A stretch of 64,000 nt of DNA from Ignavibacteriota bacterium. Lineage in GTDB: Bacteria > Bacteroidota > Ignavibacteria > UBA10030. The DNA lies in NCBI GenBank assembly GCA_963701295.1, contig OY969585.1, positions 928,001 through 992,000 of the forward strand, read 5' to 3'. Below the pieces are notes generated by a model. It worked only from the letters and a program-made list of their open reading frames with translations, ran no database searches and was not told the DNA's origin. Each line of letters starts with the position of its first letter. Position 1 is the stretch's first letter. Position numbers and translations under genes: made by a program. This document shows positions 42,268 through 55,877 of this stretch, piece after piece.

Positions 42268-44190
42268 CTACTTTCTGAGGTATACCATCAGCACAGAGAT
42301 GTCAGCAGGAGTAACACCGTTAATTCTTGATGCTTGCCCAATGGACACCGGCTGGATTTTCGTAAGCTTTTCGCGCCCTTCTATCGATAACGACTTTACG
42401 TTCCCGTATTCAATATCGTTTGGTATGTGAAGCATTTCGAATCGTTCAAACCTTTCTACTTCTTCTTTCTGCCTCTTAATATAGCCTTCATATTTCAATT
42501 CAATTTCTATTTGTTCAATCACCTCACTAAACAATTGTTCGTCACAGGAAGATCGAAGGTTCAAAAAGTACGCGGCGGATGACAGAACTTCAATTTGGAC
42601 AAATTGCGAAAGTCTGACATTCGGTCGCTTGAGCAGTTTTGCCATCTTTTCATTTTCTAAAATGAACTCTTCCCCGATCTTTCCAAAGAACAGATTGATG
42701 TCTTTCGGAGCAATTGAAAGCTGATTTAAAAAAATGAGCCCCTCTTGAATTAATTCTTCTTTCCTCCGCAGTCGCTTTATTACTTCTTGAGAAATCAATC
42801 CTAGTCGATATCCAGTTTCCATCAATCGTCTGTCTGCATTGTCTTGCCGAAGAATCAAACGATGCTCTGCTCGCGACGTAAACATCCGATACGGTTCTTC
42901 GATTTCTCTATTAACCAAATCATCAACCAATACGCCAAGATATGCTTCAGATCGTTGTGGAATAAGTGGTTCTTCTTCTCTAATATACTGAACAGCATTA
43001 ATACCTGCCAAAATCCCCTGTGCAGCCGCTTCTTCATACCCAGATGTACCATTCACTTGACCTGCAAAGAAAAGACCATTAATAAGTTTCGTTTCTAGCG
43101 ACGGTTTCAATTGATGTGGGGGAAAGTAATCATATTCGACTGCATATCCGGGCCGCAACATGGTAACATTTTCCAATCCTGGTACGGTATGCAATCCTTC
43201 TAATTGAACATCTTCAGGCAGGCTAGTCGAATATCCGTTCACATATACAACATTCGTATTATATCCTTCAGGTTCAAGAAAAAGGTGGTGTCCTTCTTTA
43301 TCAGCAAAGCGATTGATTTTATCTTCGATAGATGGACAATATCGAGGACCTATTCCTTTAATTCTTCCTGTGAACAAAGGCGACCTATCAAAACCTTTTC
43401 TTAGCACTTTATGAGTATCATTGTTCGTATAAGTCAAGTACATAGAAATAAGCTTATTCGATATTCTAGAATTTTGGAATGAAAATGGCCTTGGGTTTTG
43501 GTCACTGGGCTGTTCCTCTGTCTTAGAAAAATCAATCGTATTCTTGTCGATCCTTGGTGGTGTCCCAGTTTTAAGTCTTCCGCTAATAAATCCCATTTTC
43601 TTCAAGCTGTCCGTCAAGCCATCGGACGACTGTTCTCCATATCTTCCACCAACCGTTGATTGGGTTCCTGTATGCATTAATCCGCATAAGAATGTACCAG
43701 AACACAGGATGAATGCTTTACAATTAATTCTGGTTCCATCCTGAAGAACCACACCTTTTGTTTTAAAATTGTATTTTATATTGGATTCCTCGGCAATAAG
43801 GACATCTTTAACGATGCCTTTTTTTATTTCCACACCTAATTGATTTTCTACTCGCTGTTTTGCCTCTCGAGAGTACCATTCACGATCGCTTTGGCAACGT
43901 GGTGACCAGACAGCTGGTCCTTTAGACAAATTAAGCATCCGAAATTGAATCCCTGTTGCATCGGCAATCTTTCCCATCTCTCCGCCAAGAGCATCAATCT
44001 CTCTAACAAGATGGCCTTTAGCTGTCCCACCAATCGCCGGATTACAGGACATTCTTCCAATTGCCTTTTTATCCATTGTAACCAACATTACCTGGTGACC
44101 CATTCTTGCGACAGCTAAACTTGCTTCAATACCTGCATGTCCACCTCCGGCAACAACGACATCAAATTTTCTTTTTACCGTTTCAGTCAA
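42268..44190 (-). CDS. mnmG: tRNA uridine-5-carboxymethylaminomethyl modification enzyme
   Basis: [42 protein letters not shown]. Confidence 0.98.
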   Translation of the reverse strand: MTETVKRKFDVVVAGGGHAGIEASLAVARMGHQVMLVTMDKKAIGRMSCNPAIGGTAKGHLVREIDALGGEMGKIADATGIQFRMLNLSKGPAVWSPRCQSDREWYSREAKQRVENQLGVEIKKGIVKDVLIAEESNIKYNFKTKGVVLQDGTRINCKAFILCSGTFLCGLMHTGTQSTVGGRYGEQSSDGLTDSLKKMGFISGRLKTGTPPRIDKNTIDFSKTEEQPSDQNPRPFSFQNSRISNKLISMYLTYTNNDTHKVLRKGFDRSPLFTGRIKGIGPRYCPSIEDKINRFADKEGHHLFLEPEGYNTNVVYVNGYSTSLPEDVQLEGLHTVPGLENVTMLRPGYAVEYDYFPPHQLKPSLETKLINGLFFAGQVNGTSGYEEAAAQGILAGINAVQYIREEEPLIPQRSEAYLGVLVDDLVNREIEEPYRMFTSRAEHRLILRQDNADRRLMETGYRLGLISQEVIKRLRRKEELIQEGLIFLNQLSIAPKDINLFFGKIGEEFILENEKMAKLLKRPNVRLSQFVQIEVLSSAAYFLNLRSSCDEQLFSEVIEQIEIELKYEGYIKRQKEEVERFERFEMLHIPNDIEYGNVKSLSIEGREKLTKIQPVSIGQASRINGVTPADISVLMVYLRK

Positions 44191-44207
44191 GATTGAAGCT
44201 CCATTCT

Positions 44208-44223
44208 TGTTTCACGTGAAACT
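44208..44223. promoter_or_regulatory. parS site
   Basis: TGTTTCACGTGAAACT, 15/16 match to the parS palindrome, between mnmE and mnmG. Confidence 0.88.
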
Positions 44224-44228
44224 ATAGT

Positions 44229-45620
44229 TTACTTACCGATACAAAATTTTGAGAAAATGTTGTTAAGTATGTCTTCTGTGGTCACAAGTCCAATGATTTC
44301 ACCGATAGCGTCTATTGCCCTTCGTAAGTCAAGGGCAATAAATTCCCCACTTTCTCTCGACGTTGAGGATTCGAGCGAAGAAGACAACCCTTCTTTTGCT
44401 CTTAGTAATGCGGAATAGTGTCTTTCATTCGTAATTGTTACAGATTCCCTGCTTTCTGCCTGTGATTTATCAAGAACATGCTTTTCCAATTCGCTTACTA
44501 ATAGCTTAATTCCCTCACGACTAATCGCTGAGGTCTCAACAATGAGACTCTCTTTTATTTCAATGTTGATTTCCGCTTTTTTCGCTTGAAGATCTATTTT
44601 ATTGTTTGCGATGATCAAGCTACTTTGAGGATGATTCTTTCGAACATATTCAAGAAATTCCAACTCATCGTTTGTTATAAGCTTTGTGCTATCGTGGACC
44701 AGCACAATAATATCGGAAGTCTGTGCAACCTTCCAAGTCCTCCTTACTCCTTCCTGCTCTATTGAGTCCTTTGTCTGTCGAAGTCCCGCTGTATCTATTA
44801 TTTTGAAGAGCACTCCTGAAATCGTTATTTTTTCTTCTATAAAATCGCGGGTTGTACCTGGTATATCCGTTACAATGGCGCGATCCTCATGGAGCAGCGC
44901 ATTCAACAAGCTCGACTTGCCCGCATTCGGTACACCAACAAGTGCCACACGGACTCCTTCACGCCACACTTTTCCATACTTATAAGTGCATAATAGTTTT
45001 TCAATCGCTGATATTCCGGATCCTATCGATTCTTCAAATTCTTTCTTGTCGATCAATTCTATATTTTCTTCTACAAAATCTAATTCCAACTCTAATAATC
45101 CCGCTAATTTTACTAACTGATCTCGGATTAATCGAATTTCTTTTGAGAGCATTCCTTCCAATTGATTCAAAGATGTCTTATATGCTTTATCAGACTGGGC
45201 CTGTATGAGATCAGCTACTGCTTCTGCTTGCGATAGGTCTAGCTTGCCATTGAGAAATGCTCGCCGAGTAAATTCTCCGGGTTCTGCTGTACGAATGCCT
45301 GTTTCTAATAGACATTCTAAAACTCGTCGCGTTACATGTATTCCACCATGACAACTAATTTCAACAGTCTCTTCACCTGTGAACGAAGTTGGGGCAAGAA
45401 AGATCGTGCAAACTACATCGTCAATAATATTACCACCTATATCGGCAATGCGACCAAAGTGTGCAGTATGGCTTTTCGCAGTCGTAAGATTTTGCTTTCC
45501 CCTGAATCGACTCGCTACGTTTTTTATTGCAGATTCGCCGCTGACACGAATAACTGAAATTGCGCCTTCGCCTATCGGAGTTGCGATTGCGGCTATTGTA
45601 TCTCCTAAGTGTCCTATCAT
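44229..45620 (-). CDS. mnmE: tRNA modification GTPase
   Basis: DTIAAIATP, GVPNAGKSS, PGTTRD, FCIGK C-terminus. Confidence 0.98.
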   Translation of the reverse strand: MIGHLGDTIAAIATPIGEGAISVIRVSGESAIKNVASRFRGKQNLTTAKSHTAHFGRIADIGGNIIDDVVCTIFLAPTSFTGEETVEISCHGGIHVTRRVLECLLETGIRTAEPGEFTRRAFLNGKLDLSQAEAVADLIQAQSDKAYKTSLNQLEGMLSKEIRLIRDQLVKLAGLLELELDFVEENIELIDKKEFEESIGSGISAIEKLLCTYKYGKVWREGVRVALVGVPNAGKSSLLNALLHEDRAIVTDIPGTTRDFIEEKITISGVLFKIIDTAGLRQTKDSIEQEGVRRTWKVAQTSDIIVLVHDSTKLITNDELEFLEYVRKNHPQSSLIIANNKIDLQAKKAEINIEIKESLIVETSAISREGIKLLVSELEKHVLDKSQAESRESVTITNERHYSALLRAKEGLSSSLESSTSRESGEFIALDLRRAIDAIGEIIGLVTTEDILNNIFSKFCIGK

Positions 45621-45689
45621 TTCCTTTTTTGCCTATTTCCAGAACAAAATGTACGAAATACCAAGTCCTTCCACAATGCCATAAATAAG

Positions 45690-45725
45690 AACGCCTTGTT
45701 GTTAACAAGGCGTTCCACGGAAACA
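45690..45725. terminator. Hairpin after yidC overlapping a degenerate parS
   Basis: AACGCCTTGTT-GTT-AACAAGGCGTT; CGTTCCACG-GAAACA lacks one T relative to parS. Confidence 0.65.
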
Positions 45726-45742
45726 TACTGCTTCTCTTAAAA

Positions 45743-47524
45743 TTATTTTTTTAATCGAGGCATATCTTTTGCAAATTTAAATATTCCGCCATGTGTTTTC
45801 TTTTGGGGTTCAATTTTTCGGAGGGGTTCATCATCATGCTGTTTGTTGATCAACAATTGTTGACCAATCGAAAGTATGTTGAATACTGTGTAATACAAAT
45901 TCAATCCAGCAGGAAAACCATTGAACAAAAACGTCATCATAAGGGGCATCATCCACACCATAGCTTTTTGTCGTGGATCTTTTGTTGTCATCTTTGTTTG
46001 GAAAAACATTGTGACACCCATAAGCACTGCGATGCCACTTACGTCTTGTATACCGATTAATGGCAGTTTGAAGGGTAAGCGATAAATTACGTCAGGAACT
46101 GATAAGTCTGTTATCCAACCCACAAAATTTGCTTGCCTTAATTCAATTGCACCGCGAAACACAGAATAGAGTGCGTACATAATCGGCATTTGCAATAAGA
46201 GTGGTAAACAACCGCCGGCCGGATTTACACCATATTCTTTATAGAGATTCATAATCGACTGATTCATCTTCTGTGGATCATCCTTATACTTCTCACGCAA
46301 TTCATCCATTAAGGGCTGGAGTTTTTGCATCTTCTTCATTGACTTCATCTGACTTTTGGACAATGGATGCAACGCTACCTTTATGAGAATTGAAAAGATG
46401 ATGATAACCAAACCCCAATTTGGAATTACGTAATGAATTGCAGTAAAAATTGGGAGCATGATGTATTCAGAAATGGGGCGTATTAACCATGCCCATCCCA
46501 AACTCATTATTTTTTCCAGACTTGTGCCATACGACTTTAATTCACCGTGCTGTAGAGGACCCAGAAACACTTTGAATATACTTTTTTCACTTTGTTCTCC
46601 CCTGTATGGCATCTTCAAGGAAATATTGTACGTTTCTAAGGATCCATTATCTGGCATCGCGGTGCGTGTTCCTTCTAAATACGCTCCTTCACTTACCGTG
46701 CCAACCGGAATAAGAGCAACTGCAAAATATTTATTGCGCGTTGCAACCCAATCTATGCCGCCTGAGATTTCTTTTTGAACCTTTTGATCAACTTTTGACG
46801 CATCAATATCGGTGAGTTCATTTGCAGTGAATGCGTATGCAGCCGCAAAACTGGATTCATCTACGCTGTTGCGTTCGGCATAACGAATGCCATGTTCCCA
46901 GGCTACTTCATATTGGAAATTTGATATAACTGAACCGAGATTCAATAATTGTATTTCTGTCTCAAATCCATATTCCCCGTTACGGAACTTCATCTTTTTC
47001 ACAAGTTGTCCACCATTTGTAGCAGGAAGTATGAATGTTACTTCAAATTCAAAATTCCCTTCGAGTTGCACATAGCTACTGGGTGTGATAACATCAAAAT
47101 AAAGGTCTTTCGTATTGATCACCCGTCCGTCGGATGTTGTGAGAAGAACAGTAAAATCTCCTTTGTACATATAATCAATCAATTGAACTGGTTGGCCATC
47201 CCATGTTTTGAACTTCTTGAGCTCCCACTTACGAAGCACTCCCCCCCTCGAAGATATTTCTGCCGAATAATTATCTGTTTCAATAGAAATTATCTTTTCT
47301 TTTCCCCTTGCCCTTTCAGAGAAGAATTTTCCGTATGGATTAACTTGCTGTATTTCTTTCGGTTCTGGTGCTTTTGGCTGAACTACTTTAACTGTATCTT
47401 TTTCTTGTCCTTGTTTTACTATTTGATCCGGTTGCTTTATTTTTTGTTTTGGTGAATTGAGCCACATCCAGGCAACAAGTACGACAAAGATTAAAATGAA
47501 ACCAATTATTGATTGTCGATCCAT
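45743..47524 (-). CDS. yidC: Membrane protein insertase YidC
   Basis: NWGLVII, GVNPAGGCLPLLLQMPI, PAGLNLYY. Confidence 0.97.
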   Translation of the reverse strand: MDRQSIIGFILIFVVLVAWMWLNSPKQKIKQPDQIVKQGQEKDTVKVVQPKAPEPKEIQQVNPYGKFFSERARGKEKIISIETDNYSAEISSRGGVLRKWELKKFKTWDGQPVQLIDYMYKGDFTVLLTTSDGRVINTKDLYFDVITPSSYVQLEGNFEFEVTFILPATNGGQLVKKMKFRNGEYGFETEIQLLNLGSVISNFQYEVAWEHGIRYAERNSVDESSFAAAYAFTANELTDIDASKVDQKVQKEISGGIDWVATRNKYFAVALIPVGTVSEGAYLEGTRTAMPDNGSLETYNISLKMPYRGEQSEKSIFKVFLGPLQHGELKSYGTSLEKIMSLGWAWLIRPISEYIMLPIFTAIHYVIPNWGLVIIIFSILIKVALHPLSKSQMKSMKKMQKLQPLMDELREKYKDDPQKMNQSIMNLYKEYGVNPAGGCLPLLLQMPIMYALYSVFRGAIELRQANFVGWITDLSVPDVIYRLPFKLPLIGIQDVSGIAVLMGVTMFFQTKMTTKDPRQKAMVWMMPLMMTFLFNGFPAGLNLYYTVFNILSIGQQLLINKQHDDEPLRKIEPQKKTHGGIFKFAKDMPRLKK

Positions 47525-47556
47525 AATGAATTTACCTTGATTCTACTTGTGAAAAA

Positions 47557-47772
47557 TTAAGGAACGGGATCATACCCGCCCGACATACTAAAGGGATGAC
47601 ATTTAGAAATTCTTCTTATCGTAAGCCGAAATCCACAGAAAATTCCATGGGACTTAACGGCTTCAAGAGAATATTCTGAGCATGATGGGTAAAACCGGCA
47701 ATGATTAAACGGGAGCATCAATGAAATTGTATGTTGATACAGTCGAATTAGAAAAATAATTATGAGCTTCAT
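47557..47772 (-). CDS. yidD: Membrane protein insertion efficiency factor
   Basis: [21 protein letters not shown]. Confidence 0.96.
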   Translation of the reverse strand: MKLIIIFLIRLYQHTISLMLPFNHCRFYPSCSEYSLEAVKSHGIFCGFRLTIRRISKCHPFSMSGGYDPVP

Positions 47773-47787
47773 TCTCTCACCACTGGA

Positions 47788-48168
47788 TCAATCCTCAAAA
47801 ATCATTGAACAAAGGGCAGATAATGCTTGAATGATAGATGAGAAGCGCACCATGGTTGGCATGATTTCTGTGTTCCCATTATACATAAAAACGATTTCGA
47901 CCTGTGTTCCCAAACTCAGTTGTCTAATGAAATCTGTCTTCTTGACAAGAAACGCTTCTCTCATTAATCGCTTTAATCTGTTGCGGTGAGCGGCTGTTCT
48001 GATTTTCTTTGAAACTGCGTAACCAACATGTAGAGATGTTTTTTTTGAGATCGATGATAACACAAAAGCTTTTATAGGCTGCTTTTCATACCTCTTACCT
48101 CGAGTAATGATTCTCGTGAATGTTCCCAATCCGCTTAGGATTTCAATAGATGGTTGTGAAGGAGGCAT
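47788..48168 (-). CDS. rnpA: RNase P protein component
   Basis: VSKKI..A.HRNRLKRLMREAF (RNR motif); canonical position. Confidence 0.9.
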   Translation of the reverse strand: MPPSQPSIEILSGLGTFTRIITRGKRYEKQPIKAFVLSSISKKTSLHVGYAVSKKIRTAAHRNRLKRLMREAFLVKKTDFIRQLSLGTQVEIVFMYNGNTEIMPTMVRFSSIIQALSALCSMIFED

Positions 48169-48198
48169 GTGGCGCCAGTTTTCATACGTTTTTTTTTC

Positions 48199-48345
48199 TT
48201 ATCGCTCATCGCTAACCGTGAGCTTTTTTCTACCTGTTGCGCGCCGCCTGTTAATTACTTTTCGCCCGCTTTTTGTTGCCATTCGTGCACGAAACCCATG
48301 TGTGTTTTTTCTTTTCCGCTTATGAGGTTGATACGTTCGTTTCAT
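48199..48345 (-). CDS. rpmH: 50S ribosomal protein L34
   Basis: Hand translation [48 protein letters not shown]. Confidence 0.98.
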   Translation of the reverse strand: MKRTYQPHKRKRKNTHGFRARMATKSGRKVINRRRATGRKKLTVSDER

Positions 48346-48548
48346 CTGAATATGCTCTCTCTTGTTTGTAGTCTTCTATTATTATTTAGAATGAATTTAC
48401 TAAAATAATGATGTACAAACAAGAGAACTTGTACAAAGAATTTTTTCCGTGATTTCCTAAGAAGTAAAAAAAATAATTGTAAAAATTCCACTTGCATGCT
48501 TCCATCATTGATGCTATTATTAAGCCCACTTGTTATATTGATCAGCAC

Positions 48549-48677
48549 TGTTGATAACTTGTGGAAAGTGACATAGTGTTCATTATGGTTTTTTTGGTTC
48601 ATCTGTCTGCCCTGTTTATTATTTAATTATTGATGACTTTTGAACCGACTGTACTCTGTGCACATAATTGTGGATAA
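48549..48677. promoter_or_regulatory. DnaA boxes upstream of dnaA
   Basis: TGTTGATAA (48549), adjacent TGTGGAAAG, perfect TGTGGATAA (48669). Confidence 0.75.
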
Positions 48678-48721
48678 GTTGTGTTTACTATGATTTCCTT
48701 CGTGATTCGTTGGAGTATGTT

Positions 48722-50161
48722 ATGACGCTGCCTGCTCATGATGTCCAATTTGTTGATAATCAAGTCGTCGCAATTAAAACTTGGGAACAATGTTTAACAA
48801 TAATTAAAGATCAAGTTTCTACATTGAGTTTTAAGACATGGTTTCAACCAATTGTGCCTGTTAGCTTAAATGGAAAAGATTTAACTGTGCAAGTGCCAAG
48901 TCAATTTTTTTACGATTGGCTTGAGGAGCATTATAATACAATACTTCATAATACAATCACATCGGTAATGGGTGAAACTGGTAGTCTTTTTTATATTGTT
49001 ACATCTGAGGAACATGCATCTGCTCCTCAAGCAAATCTTGGTTTTGACGTTATTCCTTCAACCATCGATTCCGTACGCACACAACCATTTGCACCACATG
49101 TTCCGCTTAGAACAGAAAATTTGCAATCTATCAGAAGTAATTTCAATCCTCGTTATACATTTGATAATTTTATCAAGGGGGATTGTAACCAGCTTGCTAG
49201 AGCGGCAGCTTTGGCTGTTGCGAACAATCCTGGCGGTACATCTTTTAATCCGCTAGTTCTGTATGGTGGCACGGGTCTTGGAAAAACACATTTGATGCAT
49301 GCACTGGGAAATCATGCTGCAACCAATGGTAAAGCAAAGCGTATTGCGTATGTATCTAGTGAAAAATTTACAGTCGATTTTGTAGAAGCAATTCAAGGCG
49401 ATAAAGTACAAGAGTTTTCTTCTTTTTATAGAAGCATGGATTTATTAGTTGTTGATGACATACAATTTTTTGCTGGAAAAGAGAAAACACAGGATAATTT
49501 TTTCCATACCTTCAATACATTGTACCAACTGGGTAAACAAATTGTCCTTTCCTCAGATGTTCCTCCAAAGGAATTGCGCGGTTTGGATGAGCGTTTGATC
49601 TCCCGTTTTCAATGTGGGCTTACAGCAGACATTCAACCTCCTGATCTGGAAACGCGCATTGCCATTCTTCAAAAGAAAAGCGAAGAAAACTCTTTAGAGT
49701 TACCTTCAAATGTTGTTGATTTTATCGCTGCTAATGTCAAAAAGAACATCCGCGAATTAGAGGGTTGTCTTATCAGCCTTTTTGCTAGGGCATCTTTAGA
49801 AAATCGCGAAATTGGTATTGATCTTGCAAAAGATGTTTTACGTGTTATTGTAAACGATCTACGAACACCGTTAAGCATAGAACAAATTCAAAAAATTGTT
49901 TGTGAATTTTTTGATATTCCTGTTGACCTTCTTCGTGCTAAGACTCGGCGTCAGGAAATTGTAATCGCTAGACAGACTGCTATGTTCCTTGCGAAAGAAC
50001 TCACAAACTCCTCTCTCAAAACCATTGGTCTCCATTTTGGCGGAAGAGATCACAGCACGGTGATTCACGCATGTCAAGCTATTGAGGAGTTTTTAAAAAC
50101 AGATAGCGTTTACAAACAACACCTAGATCAGATACGTCGAAAGATTGAACTCAACGAGTAA
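48722..50161 (+). CDS. dnaA: Chromosomal replication initiator DnaA
   Basis: YTFDNF, GGTGLGKTHL, DDIQF, NIRELEG, GGRDHSTVIHA. Confidence 0.99.
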   Translation: MTLPAHDVQFVDNQVVAIKTWEQCLTIIKDQVSTLSFKTWFQPIVPVSLNGKDLTVQVPSQFFYDWLEEHYNTILHNTITSVMGETGSLFYIVTSEEHASAPQANLGFDVIPSTIDSVRTQPFAPHVPLRTENLQSIRSNFNPRYTFDNFIKGDCNQLARAAALAVANNPGGTSFNPLVLYGGTGLGKTHLMHALGNHAATNGKAKRIAYVSSEKFTVDFVEAIQGDKVQEFSSFYRSMDLLVVDDIQFFAGKEKTQDNFFHTFNTLYQLGKQIVLSSDVPPKELRGLDERLISRFQCGLTADIQPPDLETRIAILQKKSEENSLELPSNVVDFIAANVKKNIRELEGCLISLFARASLENREIGIDLAKDVLRVIVNDLRTPLSIEQIQKIVCEFFDIPVDLLRAKTRRQEIVIARQTAMFLAKELTNSSLKTIGLHFGGRDHSTVIHACQAIEEFLKTDSVYKQHLDQIRRKIELNE

Positions 50162-50490
50162 TTTCTTTGACTCTTTTTTATTATAACTTGTAGATAATAG
50201 GTGTGAGAAGATTCTTTCAGTGTTAATAAAAGCATATTATACAGAGTTCATCAGTTTAAACTGATGAATATGTTTAAAACATCGGTCTTTATCACTCTGT
50301 TTTCACATTAATCCTTTTGGTCTTATACCTGTTTTTTCTTGTTTTTTTACTGAGTTTAAATGTTATCCACAGTATCAATATATTTATTATAATTAATCTT
50401 ATTTCTTTAAAAACATATTATATTAATAGTTACAATTTATTGTGAATCTGCTAAATATTTGGTAATTTCAATAAAATAAAAGACATTGTG
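50162..50490. other. Probable replication origin oriC (dnaA-dnaN intergenic)
   Basis: DnaA boxes TGTAGATAA (50189), TGTTAATAA (50221), perfect TTATCCACA (50363) directly followed by a very AT-rich DUE-like tract; gene orientation switches at dnaA. Confidence 0.8.
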
Positions 50491-50507
50491 ATAGAGGAGT
50501 TATCGGA

Positions 50508-51623
50508 ATGAAGTTTACCGTAGAAAGTAATGAACTCCAAAAGGCCCTGATGAAAATAAGCGGGGTAGTTCCATCTAAATCAACCCTTCCTATACTCGAG
50601 AACATACTCTTTTCACTCTCAAATAATTCTCTCTTGCTTGTTGCTACAGATCTGGAAATCTCAATGTCAGCAACATTAGAAGTAAGAGGAAGTGAAAATG
50701 GTTCTATAGCCGTACCAGCAAAGAGAGTTATGGATACTTTGAGGGCATTGCCAGAAGCTCAGCTTGTATTTCATGCAGATATTTCAACAAACAAAATTCG
50801 GATGATAACGGAAAACGGTGAATATAATCTTATAGGTGAAACGAGCCAGGATTATCCAGCTATTCCAGAATTTAAGGGTGAAAGCGAAATTGTATTTGAG
50901 GGTTCACTCATAGGATCAATGATCTCAAAAACTATTTTCTCTGTTAGCACAGATGAATTACGCCCTGCAATGACGGGATTACTTCTTCAATTAAAAGATG
51001 GTGAGATATGTGCTGTTGCAACAGACGGACATCGATTGGTCCGTGTTGTCTACTCAAAAATAGCGCAAGCAAAAATACATAAGGATATTATTATTCCGGC
51101 AAAAGCACTTATATTAGTATCAAAAGCAATTGAAGACGGAACAAAGACCATCTCTTTTAATACAACACATATTAAATTCTCATTTAAGAACTTTACGCTT
51201 ACTTCGCGTCTTATTGAGGAAAACTATCCAAACTATGAGAGTGTAATACCTCTTGAAAACGACAAAAAACTCTTAGTAGATAGAAATGAATTATTGGCAG
51301 CTGTGAAAAGAGTTTCTCTTTACTCAAGTAACACCACACATCAAATACGATTTTCGACGAAAAAGAACGAATTGAAAATCATGGGTGAAGATGTTGACTT
51401 TGGAGGTGAAGCGAAGGAGCGGGTTGTGTGCAATTATTCCGCAGATAATATGGAGATTGGTTTTAACGCAACATATCTTATAGATATTCTTTCGCACATT
51501 GATTCTGCTGAAGTAGTTTTTAGTTTTAGCAGTTCAGTAAAAGCGGCAATCATTAAACCGACGACCATGAAAGAGAATGAAGATGTTTTGATGTTAGTCA
51601 TGCCCATGCGTCTTAATGTATAA
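50508..51623 (+). CDS. dnaN: DNA polymerase III beta clamp
   Basis: ATDLEI, ATDGHRL, YPNYESVIP, LVMPMRL. Confidence 0.98.
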   Translation: MKFTVESNELQKALMKISGVVPSKSTLPILENILFSLSNNSLLLVATDLEISMSATLEVRGSENGSIAVPAKRVMDTLRALPEAQLVFHADISTNKIRMITENGEYNLIGETSQDYPAIPEFKGESEIVFEGSLIGSMISKTIFSVSTDELRPAMTGLLLQLKDGEICAVATDGHRLVRVVYSKIAQAKIHKDIIIPAKALILVSKAIEDGTKTISFNTTHIKFSFKNFTLTSRLIEENYPNYESVIPLENDKKLLVDRNELLAAVKRVSLYSSNTTHQIRFSTKKNELKIMGEDVDFGGEAKERVVCNYSADNMEIGFNATYLIDILSHIDSAEVVFSFSSSVKAAIIKPTTMKENEDVLMLVMPMRLNV

Positions 51624-51654
51624 TTAAGAACCATGTGTTGTTGTAAAAGAGTGA

Positions 51655-51686
51655 ATAGCCCCATCCTGAAGAGGATTTGGGGCTAT
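51655..51686 (+). terminator. Stem-loop between dnaN and recF
   Basis: ATAGCCCCA...TGGGGCTAT; no clear U tract, so possibly a stability or pause element. Confidence 0.45.
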
Positions 51687-51712
51687 CGCGTTGTAAATAA
51701 GGTGGTCTAGAC

Positions 51713-52841
51713 TTGAATCTGCAACGCATCGTACTTGATAATTTTAGAAATCACAGCTCTACACTAATTGAGTGCTCTCCCGGCGTAAATCTTTTTTTGG
51801 GCAACAACGGGGAGGGGAAGACAAACATTCTTGAAGGGATTTCATATTTTTGTCTTGCAAAAAGTTTTTATGCGGCAAGTGATTCTGTAGTCATGAAAAT
51901 AGGCGGATCTGGCTTTACTGCAACCGGTAAAATTCTTTCCGATAGCGGAGTTGAGTATGAGATTCAGGTAGAGTTTGAGCGAGAGCTTAACCAAAAAACC
52001 ATTACAGTGAACAAAGCGAGAATAGACAAAGCATCCTCGCTGATCGGGTGGTTTCCTGTGGTTATTCTCTCGCCAGAGCAAAGCACGATAACGTTTGGAT
52101 CTCCATCGGATAGACGACGGTTTATAGATTTTGTTGTGTCGCAATCGAGCAGGATATACTTAGAGAGCCTGATGGATTACCGACGAATCTTAAAGCAGCG
52201 AAATAAGATCTTATCGGAGATACAAATAACGCGCAGTGAAAACGGAGACGCAATTGAACCATGGAATGACAGTCTTATCAGAGTTGGTTCGTCTATTATG
52301 AAGAAACGCGAAGAGTTTATTGAAGATTTCCGTGGAATAATGGTTAATGCTTATGCTCGGCTTTCCGGAATGAATGAACAGCCTAAGATCGATTATTCAC
52401 CATCGTTTGAATATGCAGAGAACAATGAAGATGTAATTGAGACATTATTTAGAAAAGCTCTTCAAAATCAATTTTCAGATGAACGACGCATTGGATATAC
52501 ACTTGTTGGACCGCATCGAGATGAGTTTATATTCCAAATAAACGGGCTTCATACGAAAAACTTCGCTTCGCAGGGCCAGCATAAAACCTTTTTAGTTGCT
52601 CTGAAATTAGCCGAATTCTTCTATCTGAAAAATAGATGCAGTGAAACACCCATCTTGTTGCTTGATGATGTTCTCAGCGAGTTAGACGAATATAGATGCC
52701 GCAGATTGCTAGAAGTAGCATCCAACATAGGGCAAGTCTTCATTACTTCTACAAATGAGCATGCTCTCGATGGGTTATCGGTTGTTTCAGCGAATCCACG
52801 GAAGTTCTTTGTAAAACAAGGAAGAATTGAACGTGTCGAAG

Positions 52842-52861
<20 letters not shown>
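51713..52861 (+). CDS. recF: DNA replication/repair protein RecF
   Basis: GNNGEGKTNILE, GPHRDE, SQGQ, LLLDDVLSELD. Confidence 0.96.
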
Positions 52862-55844
<2,983 letters not shown>

Positions 55845-55877
55845 TTTCACTTAAGGAGGTACAAAAAAAGATAATCC

